This document shows positions 42,457 to 53,157 of a stretch of DNA of 64,000 bases, one piece after another (position 1 is the first letter of the stretch; each line of letters begins with the position of its first letter). The stretch covers positions 1-64,000 of the forward strand of contig CAWJBB010000085.1 in NCBI GenBank assembly GCA_963840855.1. Direction: 5' to 3'. The notes under the pieces are model-generated. The model did no database searches and was not told the DNA's origin. It saw only the letters and a list, made by a program, of their open reading frames with translations. The stretch is from an uncultured delta proteobacterium (lineage in GTDB: Bacteria > Desulfobacterota > Binatia > UBA9968). Both the position numbers and the translations under genes were made by a program.

Positions 42457-42534
42457 CCTCGTCTCCTCAAGCTATGCTTATTGAGATCACCTCGTTTTAT
42501 TACCTCACGCAGAATAGCAAATCTACGACCAGGC

Positions 42535-42888
42535 CTAACGCGCTCCTGCTGCGAAGTCGCTTTCTTTAATGAATCGCCATCCCGCCAAACCGGCTGCTCC
42601 CTCGTCGTCGGATGCGCCGCTTACGCCTTTGATGTTTCCGACCATAATGTAATCGTCCGCGAGTATGTAAGTTTTCAGCTGGTTTAGAAAAACATCCTTC
42701 GACATTTCCATCGGGCCAATGAAGCTAAAAATACGGTGCCACAACGGCACCGATTGAACTACCACGGCCCAGTTGCCGTTCAGACCGACGATGTGTCCTT
42801 GTGGTTTGAGGCTGCCAACGCTGGCAATACTAATCGGGCCACCGGAAACTTCCAGTGTGTCATCGACATCAAATGCATAGATCTTCAT
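42535..42888 (-). CDS. Small HAD-superfamily hydrolase
   Basis: FDVDDTL motif I, and MVGN...DD..AA..AGW.F. Confidence 0.75.
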   Translation of the reverse strand: MKIYAFDVDDTLEVSGGPISIASVGSLKPQGHIVGLNGNWAVVVQSVPLWHRIFSFIGPMEMSKDVFLNQLKTYILADDYIMVGNIKGVSGASDDEGAAGLAGWRFIKESDFAAGAR

Positions 42889-42912
42889 TGTCGTAGGGCT
42901 CGGCTGGATTTC

Positions 42913-43035
42913 CTATGTTTCTTGGAGACTCACGCGTTCTCCACTCATGTCAGTCGCGATCTTACGGAATTGTTCGAGAGCGGCTTCAAGGTCTTCGACG
43001 ATCTCCTCGGCGCGGTTAAAACGTTGACGTCGTCA
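42913..43035 (-). pseudogene. 3' fragment of hsdM
   Basis: Minus strand reads AEEIVEDLEAALEQFRKIATD. Confidence 0.8.
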
Positions 43036-43053
43036 ACCGCGTAACTTCGGACC

Positions 43054-43569
43054 CTAGCGAAACAGTATCCCGGGATCGACCTCTCCCCATACCTTCTTTG
43101 GGTCAGCACGATAGTTTATGAGCCAATAGAATTTCAGATAACTCCCTTTGACCCACTCGGCCAGCACGACATCCCTGGCGTTGTAATATTTTGCAACGTC
43201 TCTGAGTCTTTTGATTTCGGCCTTATCGGGGCGCTTCGCGCCGCCGCCTTTGATTTGAATTAGGATGATCTCAAAAAGGTCGCCTCGCTTGAAGGGCGTC
43301 TTTGGTTTCCCGTGGTTCTTACGAATCGCCACGAGATCCACGATCCCTGCCGATTCCCGGCCGCCAGGTCCGGGAAACCCAACCAGTTGCCAGCGCCTTA
43401 TCGGCTTGACCTTCGCCGATCCCAAGCGTTTTCCATTGGTCACAAACCCAATGTGCCACCTGGTCATCGTGGTGGCCCATTTAGCCGTTAGTTTCGCCTT
43501 CTCAGCTGCAGTAAGTTCCATGCTATCAACCTTGAGACTCATCGGCGCAACTAATTCAAAAACACCCAA
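43054..43569 (-). CDS. Putative PD-(D/E)XK-fold nuclease
   Basis: S.GIVDLVAIRK ... IILIQIKGG resembles the Holliday junction resolvase/restriction endonuclease core; basic protein. Confidence 0.6.
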   Translation of the reverse strand: MGVFELVAPMSLKVDSMELTAAEKAKLTAKWATTMTRWHIGFVTNGKRLGSAKVKPIRRWQLVGFPGPGGRESAGIVDLVAIRKNHGKPKTPFKRGDLFEIILIQIKGGGAKRPDKAEIKRLRDVAKYYNARDVVLAEWVKGSYLKFYWLINYRADPKKVWGEVDPGILFR

Positions 43570-43735
43570 TCGCCGGGAGCACGCTCATACTTCGAAAATG
43601 TCCAACCGTTGCACGATCGTTTTACCACGCCTGTGCCGCAGCCTTAAGTCAAATGAATTCCTCGCACGTCGAGTTTCGTTCAATCTCCCAGCCCGGCTGT
43701 CACGGCTGAACTGCCATTGTAAACTGAGCCTAGGC

Positions 43736-44071
43736 TAGCCGGGTCCTGAATTTTGTTCTGTACCTTGCGGAAGATGACACCGAGCAAGCCCTTCTCCTTG
43801 CCGAGCATCTCTAATAGATAACGATAATGAATTTCCAGTTCGTCGCCGTCTTGGCGAGTTAAGCTAACCCAGTCGAAACCGTTGAGAAGGGTGAAGGTTT
43901 GTTAAACAGCGGCCAGCTCTGCTCATCCGCCATTTTGAGTAAGAGAAGGAACATCAACTGCTCACAGCCAGTCCTGAGCCAGGCCGAAGGATAGTCGCCG
44001 TACGCCAACCCGTCATCGCGCAGGATGTTGCAGTAGTTCCAAAGTTTCTGAACGATTGCGGAAGAGGTCAC
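43736..44071 (-). pseudogene. 5' fragment of hsdM (about the first 105 codons), decayed
   Basis: VQKLWNYCNILRDDGL.YGDY..EQL..LL.LKMADEQ; the DNA matches 51830-52120 as far as QDPA. Confidence 0.9.
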
Positions 44072-44073
44072 CT

Positions 44074-44535
44074 CTACTCAGACCTCCATTTTTCAGGGTT
44101 CTCAGCCTGAAGATGCTCCCGGTGAGCAGCGTCAAGCAGTCTGTCGTCAGCGGATAAAAAGGTGAGTGGAAGTGCCTCCACGGGCACACTATCTTTGAGC
44201 TCAAGTGCGCTTGCGAGCTGAATAGCGTCCAACGCGCGCAAAACATGACGGGCTACGAGAGCCGATGCCCTGTCAATTAACGCATCCGAATACGGAATCA
44301 AAATGTAATCTTGGTGAGAGTGAGCAACGTAAGCGCGAAGCAGAATAGACAGCTCGTCCTGTGAAATTTCTTGGGATCGCAGTCGTCGGTACAGAGCTGA
44401 TGCTATTTCAAGCGGCGTAAGGAATCCTTGATAGAAGCCGTTGTCCTTGTGCTCCAATAGACGACGCATCCTATTGGAGCCTTTCTCTGTTAAATAACGC
44501 TTGGCCAGCGCACTTGTGTCAAGAAAATAGATCAC
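44074..44535 (-). CDS. vapC: VapC-family PIN-domain toxin
   Basis: YFLDTSALAKRY..E.GS, E..SA, LRALDAIQLASAL and SAD..L motifs. Confidence 0.92.
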   Translation of the reverse strand: MIYFLDTSALAKRYLTEKGSNRMRRLLEHKDNGFYQGFLTPLEIASALYRRLRSQEISQDELSILLRAYVAHSHQDYILIPYSDALIDRASALVARHVLRALDAIQLASALELKDSVPVEALPLTFLSADDRLLDAAHREHLQAENPEKWRSE

Positions 44536-44909
44536 CAGCGGTCTTCACGGGAGTCGATAAGGTCACGGGTTAGTCCCTTCAACTTGCCGCCGATCTTCAC
44601 TAGCCGTCGCATATCCACCTCGTCCTTGACCGGCCCTATCAGCCGATCTAGCCCAAGACAACCGCTACGTCCGATCCCAAGATCGAGCAGGCGTTGGGTC
44701 ATAGATTTTGTTTTCATCTTTTTTGCACCCTTCCGCTTTCCGTCCCATTTGTCTTTTGCAGCTCCGGATTTGCTAAATTGCGAATCAACACTCAGGTGAC
44801 GCCGCGCTGCTTCGCGCAAAAGCTCGCTACGGGTGCGATGTTCTTTGCGCGCCGCCTCGTCGAGCTTCTTGAGCATCTCGTCTGGCATCGAAATCATAAA
44901 CCGTGCCAT
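44532..44909 (-). CDS. Ribbon-helix-helix (CopG) antitoxin
   Basis: ISMPDEML..LD..A....RSELLREA; overlaps the vapC start. Confidence 0.85.
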   Translation of the reverse strand: MARFMISMPDEMLKKLDEAARKEHRTRSELLREAARRHLSVDSQFSKSGAAKDKWDGKRKGAKKMKTKSMTQRLLDLGIGRSGCLGLDRLIGPVKDEVDMRRLVKIGGKLKGLTRDLIDSREDRW

Positions 44910-44945
44910 GCTTGTCTCCCCATGATAGATAAATGATATATAGTT

Positions 44946-45089
44946 TCAATCATACCGACAAGCCCGACCGATAAACCGTCGCCCTTTGCGCAGTCGAGTT
45001 TCGGTGTGAGGTCCCAACGCTTGTCGGTTGTACCATGCGACTGCGTCATCGAGTTCGCTTCGTGCTGCGGCCAGAAAACGTACTTTCAC
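44946..45089 (-). pseudogene. Truncated ParE/RelE-family toxin
   Basis: GTG start overlapping the antitoxin stop; reads MKVRFLAAARSELDDAVAWYNRQALG, then unrelated sequence and a stop after 47 codons. Confidence 0.7.
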
Positions 45090-45307
45090 GAGCGGCGGTG
45101 TTTGGCCATGACGGACTCATAGGAGACGGTTGGGACCCTGCCGGCTTTGTAAGCCGCCCACCGTTTGCGGGTCTCCTCCGCCCATACTCTGTCGATTTCC
45201 GGGTCCGGCTTGTCGAGGTCAGAGAGAATCGCGTCAACCAAGCGCAATTTCTCAACGTCTGGCAGTTCACGAATCTCTTGCGCTATCTTGTCCACACTCT
45301 TGGCCAT
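45086..45307 (-). CDS. Addiction module antitoxin component (TIGR02574-like)
   Basis: LP..EKL.LVD.IL.DLD.PDPEID..W.EE..KR...YKAG pattern. Confidence 0.85.
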   Translation of the reverse strand: MAKSVDKIAQEIRELPDVEKLRLVDAILSDLDKPDPEIDRVWAEETRKRWAAYKAGRVPTVSYESVMAKHRRS

Positions 45308-45332
45308 TTCGAACTTCCCCGGCACACATGAT

Positions 45333-45533
45333 TTACTCCGCAAGCTCAAAGTCTACTTTCCGCGTGTCTGTTACACACTTCGAGGCATCAAGGATCTCAA
45401 AGGAAATCGGATTGCCTTCCTTGTCGTAATCGAGAATAACCCCTGACTTCTCCTCGTCGCTCTCATGGACGGGCGTATTGTCCTTAAGAACGACGCTCAT
45501 GGTATCGGTTCTGGAATCATAACGGACCTTCAT
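45333..45533 (-). CDS. DUF2283-family protein (putative antitoxin), copy 1
   Basis: MKVRYD..TD...V.L...ESDE...GVILDYD..GN..SFEILDAS. Confidence 0.88.
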   Translation of the reverse strand: MKVRYDSRTDTMSVVLKDNTPVHESDEEKSGVILDYDKEGNPISFEILDASKCVTDTRKVDFELAE

Positions 45534-45650
45534 GCTTCAGCCATTGCGACTGTTTGATTCGGTATTATAGCCTCCACGCGACACTTTATGGAAATCGATC
45601 AAACTGCATTTCAGATCGCCTTTGATTTCATTAACTCCTCACAGATTAGA

Positions 45651-47388
45651 TTAAAGACTCCCGGCCGCTTTTGCTTCCGCCCGATTTTGCCGCCCACCGT
45701 TCTTTCCCGGACCGTAAATGATCTTCCCCGGCCGCGCCCCTGTATGACTACCGTTGTCGATGACGGCGGTGCCGTTTACGAACACGAACGGCACGCCTTT
45801 GGCGTACTGCTGCGGTATCTCATAAGTAGCCGGATCTGACACCGAGCTGGGATCGAACACGACGACATCAGCCCAGTAGCCTTCTTTCAGTAGTCCCCGA
45901 TCTTTGAGTCTCAGAGTTTGCGCTGGAAGCGAGGTCATCTTCCTCACGGCGTCTTCAAGCGTGAGCACTTTGTCTTCCCGCACATACTTGCCAAGCACGC
46001 GCACGTTGGTGCCGTAGCTGCGCGGATGCGGTTTGCCCGGCTCCTTCAGATTGAGGCCGCTTCCGTCGGAGGCGATCGACACCCAAGACACTTGCATCAC
46101 AAATTTCACATCGTCCTCCGACATCGTGTGATGCACGCCAGGAACGTAAGCGCCCTCCTCGACTATCAGGTCGAAACAGGTTTCCGCCGGATCGGCCTGT
46201 TCGCGCAGCTTGGAAATTTCAAGGATCGTCTTGCCTTCGTACTGCTTGTTCTGCGCCTTGGTGAAAACCGTACCGACGATGCCTTCCCAGCCGCCGTGCT
46301 CGTTGACGTACTCGGCAAACTCATGGTCGGCCTTAATCTTGTCGCGAAAAGCACGCTCTTTAAGTTTTGCGATGGACTCTTTGCGCGGCATGCTCTGCAC
46401 CCAGGACGGAAACAGACGCGCCCAGGGATGCTGCATAGCCGTATACGGATATTGATTCGCGGTGATATCCAGGCCGCGCGCTCTGGCCGCATCAATTTTC
46501 TTGATAACCTCTTTGACTTTGCCAAAGTTATTCTTGCCGCGCACTTTGATGTGGTAGATATGGACGGGAATGCCGGTCTCTTCGGCGATGCGGATCGCTT
46601 TATCTAGCTCTTCGTTGATTTGCTCGCCTTCGCCGCCGATATGGGTGCCATAATAGCCGCCGTAGCTCGCGACCACTTTCGCCATCGCAATCATCTCGTC
46701 GGCATATTTGTAACCGCCGCCGGTAAACGCCGTGGATAGATTGACCGCGCCCTCTGCCATCGCCTGGGCAACCAGCCCCTTCATCTGCTCGATCTCCGCC
46801 GCGAGTCGCCGGTCGGTCCTCGAAGCCAACCACGACCCGGCGCACCTGCTGCGGCGAAACGCTGGAGGCGATATTGATCGACGCGCCTTTTTTATTAAGG
46901 CGACGAAAATAGCCGTCGAGGGTCGTCCAATCGACTTCGACCCCGGCGCGCCGTTTTGCCGCTTCTTTGTACTCTTCGAGTACGACGCCTTTGAGCGGCG
47001 CCACCGTTGAGCTCTCCCCGATCACATCAAGGGTCACGCCCTGGTACACCGCGCTTTCGACATTGCCGTCCGCCAAAACCGGCATGTCGGTGTGGGTGTG
47101 GAGATCGATAAAGCCCGGCGAAACCACCATCCCTTTGGCATCGATCACTCTTTTAGCCATGCGAGAATCGACCTTGCCGACTTTGGCGATCTTGCCATTC
47201 TTGATCGCAACATCGGCATAGAACCAGGGATTGCCGCTGCCATCGACTATCTTGCCATTGGCGATGACAACGTCATAGACGCCGCTAGCGCTCGGACGAT
47301 CAGCGGCGACTGAAATAGCGTAGTTGAGTGCCTGCAAGAAAAAAGCAATAAACGTTGCGACGATTAACCGCTTTGTTCGCATTGGCAC
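45651..47388 (-). CDS. N-acyl-D-amino-acid deacylase family amidohydrolase, with a frameshift near 46820
   Basis: DGSGNP, PGFIDLHTH, HPRSYGT..RVLG.YVR and AVRKMTSLPA motifs; N-terminal signal peptide. Confidence 0.9.
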
Positions 47389-47544
47389 CTCCTTTGAAAC
47401 AATGCAATCATTATCAAGTCCTGCCTTCGAGCGTCAAACTGATCTCAGCTCTAGCTGACTTGCCACAAGCATCGAGCGGGTAAAGACCTTGGCGGAATAA
47501 ATTTCGCTCGCAAGCCTTCCAGATTAAGTCTCCTACCCTGACTC

Positions 47545-47790
47545 GCTATGTCGGCCTTCATTACCTGTTCGGAACTGAGGTCGGCCGCAATTTCATGGAA
47601 TTGTTGGAGGGCGTGCTTTTCAACGATTTACCCGCAAGAAGATTGCGACTGGCACCATTTTCTGAGCGCTCAAAGCTTTTAATTTAACGGTTTGAACGTG
47701 TTGAACGGCTTGAACCCGTGGACTCTTATCCGCACTTGGATTTTTTGAGTTCTCGTCTCTTAGCCAGAACATTCGAGGTTAGCTTTATTT
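47545..47790. repeat. Degenerate direct repeat (copy B), including an hsdM 3'-like stub
   Basis: Matches 41640-41775; the minus strand reads KANLE / FWLRDEN across a frame change. Confidence 0.65.
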
Positions 47791-48535
47791 TCGGTTTAAT
47801 TGGTCATTCAATTATTCAAGCCAAACCCCAAGCTCGCCCTTCGAATAAGGTCTGTCGCCAGTCTGAGCTGGTCAGAGACACGCGGTAACAAAGAATTGCT
47901 CATAAACGCGCGGTATTCCTTCTGCCTTTATGTAGGATCTCTTACTGTAACTTATTAACCCTTTCTAATCTCAGCTCCTTCACCTCCGAAATCACCGGCG
48001 ATTTCACTGAACTGTTCCAACGCGGCCTGCAAGTCTTCCATGATTTCGGCAGCGATGATGTCGGGCGCGGGGAGATTGGCGGAATCTTCGAGGGATTCGT
48101 CCTTGAGCCAGAAGATGTCGAGGTTAACCTTGTCGCGTTTGATGAGGTCGTCGTAGGGGAAGCACTTGAAACGCTCGCTCTCCGTGCGCTGGTGACGGTT
48201 TTCGGCATGATAGCAGGCGACGAAGTCATCGAGATCGGAGCGTTTTAATTGGTTCTCCTTTAAAGTGAAGTGCTTGTTGGTCCGTAGATCGTAGATACAG
48301 AGCTTTTCGGTCCACGCTTTTTCCTGTGCGGGCTTGCGGTCGAAGAAAAGCAGGTTGGCCTTCACGCCCTGGGCGTAGAATATTGACCGATTTCACGGAA
48401 CGTACCCACCCAATTTCAACGAAGGGACCCACCTGATTTCAAGGAAGGGACCCACCCAATTTCAGGTGGTCCCCTTCGTTTCTGAGCGAGCCGACGAACG
48501 ATGCTACCTTGGCCAACTGGAGGAGGATCCAGTTA

Positions 48536-50054
48536 ATGGCCAAAGAAAGGACCAGCGTTCGTATGCGAGCTCAAATCAAAACCCTGTCCGAACAGGGGCA
48601 CTCCGTTCGCCGTATTGCCCGGATACTTCGGCTTTCGCGCAGGACGGTGCGGAAGTTTTTGGAGCCCACCGCAGAGCCGCCCAGTGAGAGCGGTGGTTGG
48701 GTTGAGACGGTTGACTGGGAGTATGTCCGCCAGGAAGTCTATGGCAAAGGGACCACGGTCAAGCAGATCCAGCGGGAGGTGGCCCCCGAGACAGGGTATG
48801 TAAAGTTTTGGCGTCAGTTTCGGGAAAAGGTTAGTGTGCAAGCCTCACCCGATCAAGTGACTATCCGGCTTCATCACAAGCCTGCGGAAAAAACCCAGAT
48901 CGATTTTTCAGACGGTCTGTTTATCACCGAGCGAGGGACGGGAAACAAGACACTGACCCAGTTTTTCTTAGGGGTTCTGCCCTTCAGCTCGTATACCTTC
49001 GGGGAATTCGTTCTAGATCAGAAGCTTTCCACCTTCATCGGGGTCCAGCAGCGCATGTTCGCCTACTTTGGTGGGATAACCCCCTACGTAGTGGTGGACA
49101 ATCTCAAGAGCGGTGTCCACAAGGCCGATCTGTACGACCCCGATGTAAATCCCACCTACTGTGATTTTGCCAATCACATGGGCTTTGCGGTACTGCCGGC
49201 CAGACCCTACAAGGCCCCGGGACAAGGGCTCTGGGGAATGCCACATCGGAGTGATCCAAAGAGGGTTTTTCCAGGAGGTCCGTAACCGGGTCTTCTATTC
49301 TCTCCAAGATCTCAATCAAACCCTCAGGGAATATCTTCATCGGTTGAACCGCGAGGTGATGAAAGACTACGGGGTGAGCCGCAACCAGCGCTTCGAGCAA
49401 GAGAAAAAGCAATTAAAGGCCCTGCCACCCTCTCCCTTCGAGTTAAGCGAGTGGCGCCAGGCTAAAGTCCATCCCGACTGCCATATCCAAGTGGAGAAAA
49501 ACTTCTACTCGGTCCCCTTTGTCTACGTCAGCCAAAGGGTCCGGGTCAGGCTCACCGAGAAAATTGTGGAAGTGTTTAGTGAGGACAGCCAGTCCCTTAC
49601 CGCTCACACCAGACTGATGGGGATCGGACAGTTCTCCACCTATGATTTCCATTATCCCGAAGCCAAGCTGAGCGTGGCGCGCTTTGAAGTCCGTCACGCT
49701 CAAGAACAGGCCAAAAAGCTTGGCCCCCATGTCGAGAAGTTACTCGATGATCTGCTCTCAGGCCAACATCCATTGCGCCATCTAAGACGGGTCCAAGGAA
49801 TCTTGCGGCTTGCCAAACGCTATCCCATCACGGCTGAAGCTTTGGACCATGCATGCCAGCGGGCGATTGTCTTCAACAAGACACGGCTCGCCTACATCAA
49901 AGACTGCGCCCTTTACTTTGTTAGCCACGGCCAAAGACCCACGCTTCTTCCCCCGCAGAGAAAGCTGGATACCGTGCATCTACACCAATACGCTGCCAAC
50001 TCGGGCTCAGATTCTGAACTGTCGCTGCCGTCGGTGGAGGAGGAACTGCTATGA
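48536..50054 (+). CDS. istA: IS21 transposase IstA, with a frameshift near 49213
   Basis: HTH N-terminus; QIDF, VVDNLKSGV and P.DKG..E DDE motifs; VHPDCHI....YSVP. Confidence 0.92.
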
Positions 50055-50213
50055 GCACGAGCTTAAAATCCAGCCCCAACCTGATTTTTTACCTCCCAGA
50101 GCAGGGAGCAGAGAAAAACGACCTCCACAGAGGCCCTATAAACGACGATCTCGCTTTGACCCATACCTTGGGTACCCCCCAAAACAGCCGTTTCACCAGG
50201 AGGTCTCCCCGCC

Positions 50214-50969
50214 ATGATGCTTGATCAAGTCAGAAACCTTTCCCACCAGATGCGCCTGTTTGGCATCCATGAAGCCTGCGAACGGCAAGCCCAGATCGCT
50301 TTGTCCCAGCAGCTCCATCCCCTGGAGTTTTTACGCTTGCTGCTCGAAGATGAACTGTTGTCGCGCAAAGACCGAACCGCCAAGGCGCTGGTGACCAAGG
50401 CCCGCTTTCGGTTCCGCGCCGATCTGGAAGACTTAGATTTAGCGTTCCACAAGGATCTGACCAAAGCCAAGATCAAAGAACTCTGCGAGCTCGGCTTCCT
50501 CCATAACCTGGAGAATCTTTTGATTTTAGGTAAAACCGGTTTGGGAAAGACTCATCTAGCGATAGCCTTGGGAAAACGGCTGTGCCAGGAAGGTCATCCC
50601 ACGCAATTCTTGCCAGTCAACTTCCTGTTCGAGGAAATCCAAGCTGCCAGGGCCGCCGGCCGTTACCTCAACTACATCCGTAGTCTCATCAAGGCCAAGG
50701 TTTTGATCCTCGATGACCTGGGGTTAAGAAACTATACCCACGAGGAAGCCACTTCCCTGATGGACATCCTCGAAGAGCGCTACCGCAAGGCTCCCCTCAT
50801 CGTTACTTCCCAGGTTGAGCCTCAGGGATGGCTCAAACTGTTTGAAGATCCGGTGATCGCCGAGGCCATCGTGGATCGGCTGATTCATCCATCTCAGAAA
50901 ATCACCTTGAAAGGAGAGAAGTCCTATAGAGAAAAACTCACAGAGAAAAAATCAGGATTGAAAAACTAG
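50214..50969 (+). CDS. istB: IS21 helper ATPase IstB
   Basis: GKTGLGKTHLA, LILDDLG, ERY, TSQ and AIVDRL motifs. Confidence 0.95.
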   Translation: MMLDQVRNLSHQMRLFGIHEACERQAQIALSQQLHPLEFLRLLLEDELLSRKDRTAKALVTKARFRFRADLEDLDLAFHKDLTKAKIKELCELGFLHNLENLLILGKTGLGKTHLAIALGKRLCQEGHPTQFLPVNFLFEEIQAARAAGRYLNYIRSLIKAKVLILDDLGLRNYTHEEATSLMDILEERYRKAPLIVTSQVEPQGWLKLFEDPVIAEAIVDRLIHPSQKITLKGEKSYREKLTEKKSGLKN

Positions 50970-52234
50970 GGAGGCTTATTGTAGACAGTCAAGATAACTT
51001 CGTCGCTTCGCTCCGCTGAATTGGGTGGTCCCCTTCGTTGAAATCGGGTGGGTCCCTTCAGTGAAATCGAACAGAATATACCAGTGGGTAGACGCAGAAG
51101 TGTATGCACGTCCGCCTGCTTGAGCAGTTCGCGGCGAACCGTCTCACCCGCGCCGCCTTCGAAGAGCACGTTATCCGGCACGACGATCGCCGCTCGCCCA
51201 TGTTGCTTGAGGATCGTGAATACGTGCTGCAGAAAGTTGAGCTGCTTTGCTCGTCGAAGCCCAAAAATCATCACGGTGAATCGTCAGACTTTCTTTCTCC
51301 GCCTCGCCTTTTTCATTCACAATCGTCACGCTGCTCTTCTTGCCAAACGGAGGATTGGTCATCACCATCTCGTAATGTCTGCCGCCCTGGCTGCCGAGCG
51401 CGTCGCGGACCTCGATCGGTACCTCATCCGCTCCGTCCGCGCTGATGCCGTGCAGTAGCATGTTCATGCAGCAAAGCCGAGCCACGCCATCCACCAGTTC
51501 GACGCCGTACAGCGTATCGCCAGCCAGCTTTTTCTTCTGTTCACGATCCAGTTGGTAGTGCTGCGAATTGGAAAGATAGTTGTAGGCGGCCAACAGGAAT
51601 CCGCCTGTGCCGCACGCCGGATCACAAATAGTCATATTGGGCTCGGGACGCATCACGTCGACAATCGCCGCAATCAAGAGCCGGGGCGTAAAGTACTGTC
51701 CCGCTCCACCTTTTACGTCCTCGGCGTTTTTTTGGAGCAGCCCTTCGTAAGCGTCGCCCTTCACGTCCGCCGACAGCGACGACCACTGCTCCTTGTCGAT
51801 AAGATCGACAATCAACCGCCGCAGTTTCGCCGGGTCCTGAATCTTATTCTGCGCCTTGCGGAAGATGACGCCGAGCATGCCCTTTTCCCTGCCGAGTGTC
51901 TCCAACAGATGGCGATAATGAATCTCCAGCTCGTCGCCGTCCTTGGCGAGCAAGCTGGCCCAATCGAAACCCTTTGGAATGGGAGACCGTTTGTTGAGAG
52001 GTGGCCGGCTCTGTTCATCAGCCATCTTGAGGAAGAGTAGAAACGTCAACTGCTCGACGTAATCACCGTACGACAACCCGTCATCGCGCAAGATGTTGCA
52101 GTAGTTCCAGAGTTTTTGGACCAGTTGTGTGGACTGTTCTGCCATGTCTGTAGAGAACGAGACTATTTGGAGACAACAAATAACGACGAGGGAAATGTTT
52201 GCATCGTTTACGGCTGGCGCACTAAATCACGGTC

Positions 52235-52461
52235 CTACGCCCGCATCAGCCTTGCGTGCGTGATTTCTCTTTTCAGAACCGGCCAACCTGTGAGGAAGTC
52301 AAGGTCGCGATACCAACCGTTTCGCCGTGCAGCGTAAAAAACTCCACTTCAAAGGCTTCGCCCTTTTTGTGGACAAGAACGACCGTGCCGACATCGCCCG
52401 CGTTTAGGCCCTGTTCGGGAACAGACTTTCTTAAAACCACTAGGTCAAGCTCTTTAATCAT
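52235..52461 (-). CDS. DUF4926-domain protein, with an apparent frameshift near 52285
   Basis: ELDLVVL....GL.AGDVGTVV....FEVEF...GET; the shifted frame continues PVLKREITHAR. Confidence 0.8.
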
Positions 52462-52483
52462 ATACGTTTACGGACTAATAGGC

Positions 52484-52732
52484 TTACGGCTTCGATACTG
52501 AAGAACTCGCCGAGCTAGGTGCTGCGCTTTCCCAGTCAAGATTGCGTAAGGCGTTCTGGATTAGGTCGACTTCCCGCGCATCAAAAAACGGTTCTCCACA
52601 TTGCGTGCAAACCCACTCCGGAATGGCGTCCCAAGCGACGTGATAACCGTTCCGATGCAAGCTAAACGGCGCCGTGGCGCGAACCATCCGCCCTTTGCAA
52701 TGCAGGCACTGCATACCAACCATGCAAGCCAA
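52484..52732 (-). CDS. YgiT/MqsA-type zinc-finger protein
   Basis: CLHCKG.M ... IP.WVCTQCGE..F. Confidence 0.85.
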   Translation of the reverse strand: MACMVGMQCLHCKGRMVRATAPFSLHRNGYHVAWDAIPEWVCTQCGEPFFDAREVDLIQNALRNLDWESAAPSSASSSVSKP

Positions 52733-52736
52733 TAAC

Positions 52737-52937
52737 TTATTCAGCGAGTTGAAAATCTACCCTGCGCGTATCCGTCACGCGCTTAGACGCATCAAGAATC
52801 TCAAAGGAAATCAGATTACCTTGCGCGTCGTAATCGAGAATAACCCCCGGTTTATCTTCATCACTCTCATGCACAGCCGTATTGTCCTTAAGAACGACAC
52901 TCAATGTATCTGTTCTGGGATCATATCGTACCTTCAT
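52737..52937 (-). CDS. DUF2283-family protein, copy 2
   Basis: Close paralog of 45333-45533. Confidence 0.88.
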   Translation of the reverse strand: MKVRYDPRTDTLSVVLKDNTAVHESDEDKPGVILDYDAQGNLISFEILDASKRVTDTRRVDFQLAE

Positions 52938-53000
52938 GCTTCGTCCCTCCAGTATTTGGACACTTTGCTGGTCCGATAAGCCGTAACGACCTCTCCAGGT
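52934..53000 (-). pseudogene. C-terminal stub of a DUF4258-like toxin
   Basis: EVVTAYRTSKVSKYWRDEA then a stop overlapping the DUF2283 ATG. Confidence 0.55.
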
Positions 53001-53024
53001 ATTCCGAGGCATGCATGATCTGGG

Positions 53025-53157
53025 CAATCACCTGCCCGCCTGTATCCCTTACCAAAAGATGAATGTGATTGGAGGTTACCATATAGTTGAGTACCGAAAC
53101 ACCGAAACGTTTCTTGGCTTCAAAAACCCAGCGCACGTACCAGCCCCAGTCACGCAT
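53025..53157 (-). pseudogene. Internal fragment of a Y1/RAYT transposase
   Basis: EAKKRFG.SVLNYMVTSNHIHLLV HUH motif. Confidence 0.7.

Larger units (their letters stand above)
48384..51073 (+). mobile_element. IS21-family insertion sequence (2690 bp)
   Basis: TG...CA ends; imperfect IR tgaccgatttcacggaacgtacccaccc versus tgttcgatttcactgaagggacccaccc; repeated subterminal motifs; 6-bp target duplication GAATAT at 48378-83 and 51074-79. Confidence 0.95.
47955..52145 (-). pseudogene. hsdM: Type I restriction-modification methyltransferase, interrupted by IS21 and frameshifted near 51250
   Basis: GQYFTPR, DPACGTGGFL, NPPF and VPDNVLF motifs; LRLPTGIF and YAQGVKAN rejoin across the IS. Confidence 0.93.

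Noticed and set aside
44954-45029. 10-bp inverted repeat (accgacaagc/gcttgtcggt) near the ParE truncation
   Set aside because: It is short enough to be chance, and no other copy was noticed.
48384-48480. About 20-bp tandem repeats (atttc..gaagggacccacc) resembling a mini-CRISPR
   Set aside because: There are no unique spacers or cas genes. The repeats are mirrored at 51017-51073 and are IS21 subterminal repeats.
49200-49230. Programmed frameshift in istA
   Set aside because: It falls inside the catalytic domain with no obvious slippery motif, and similar indels occur across the window.
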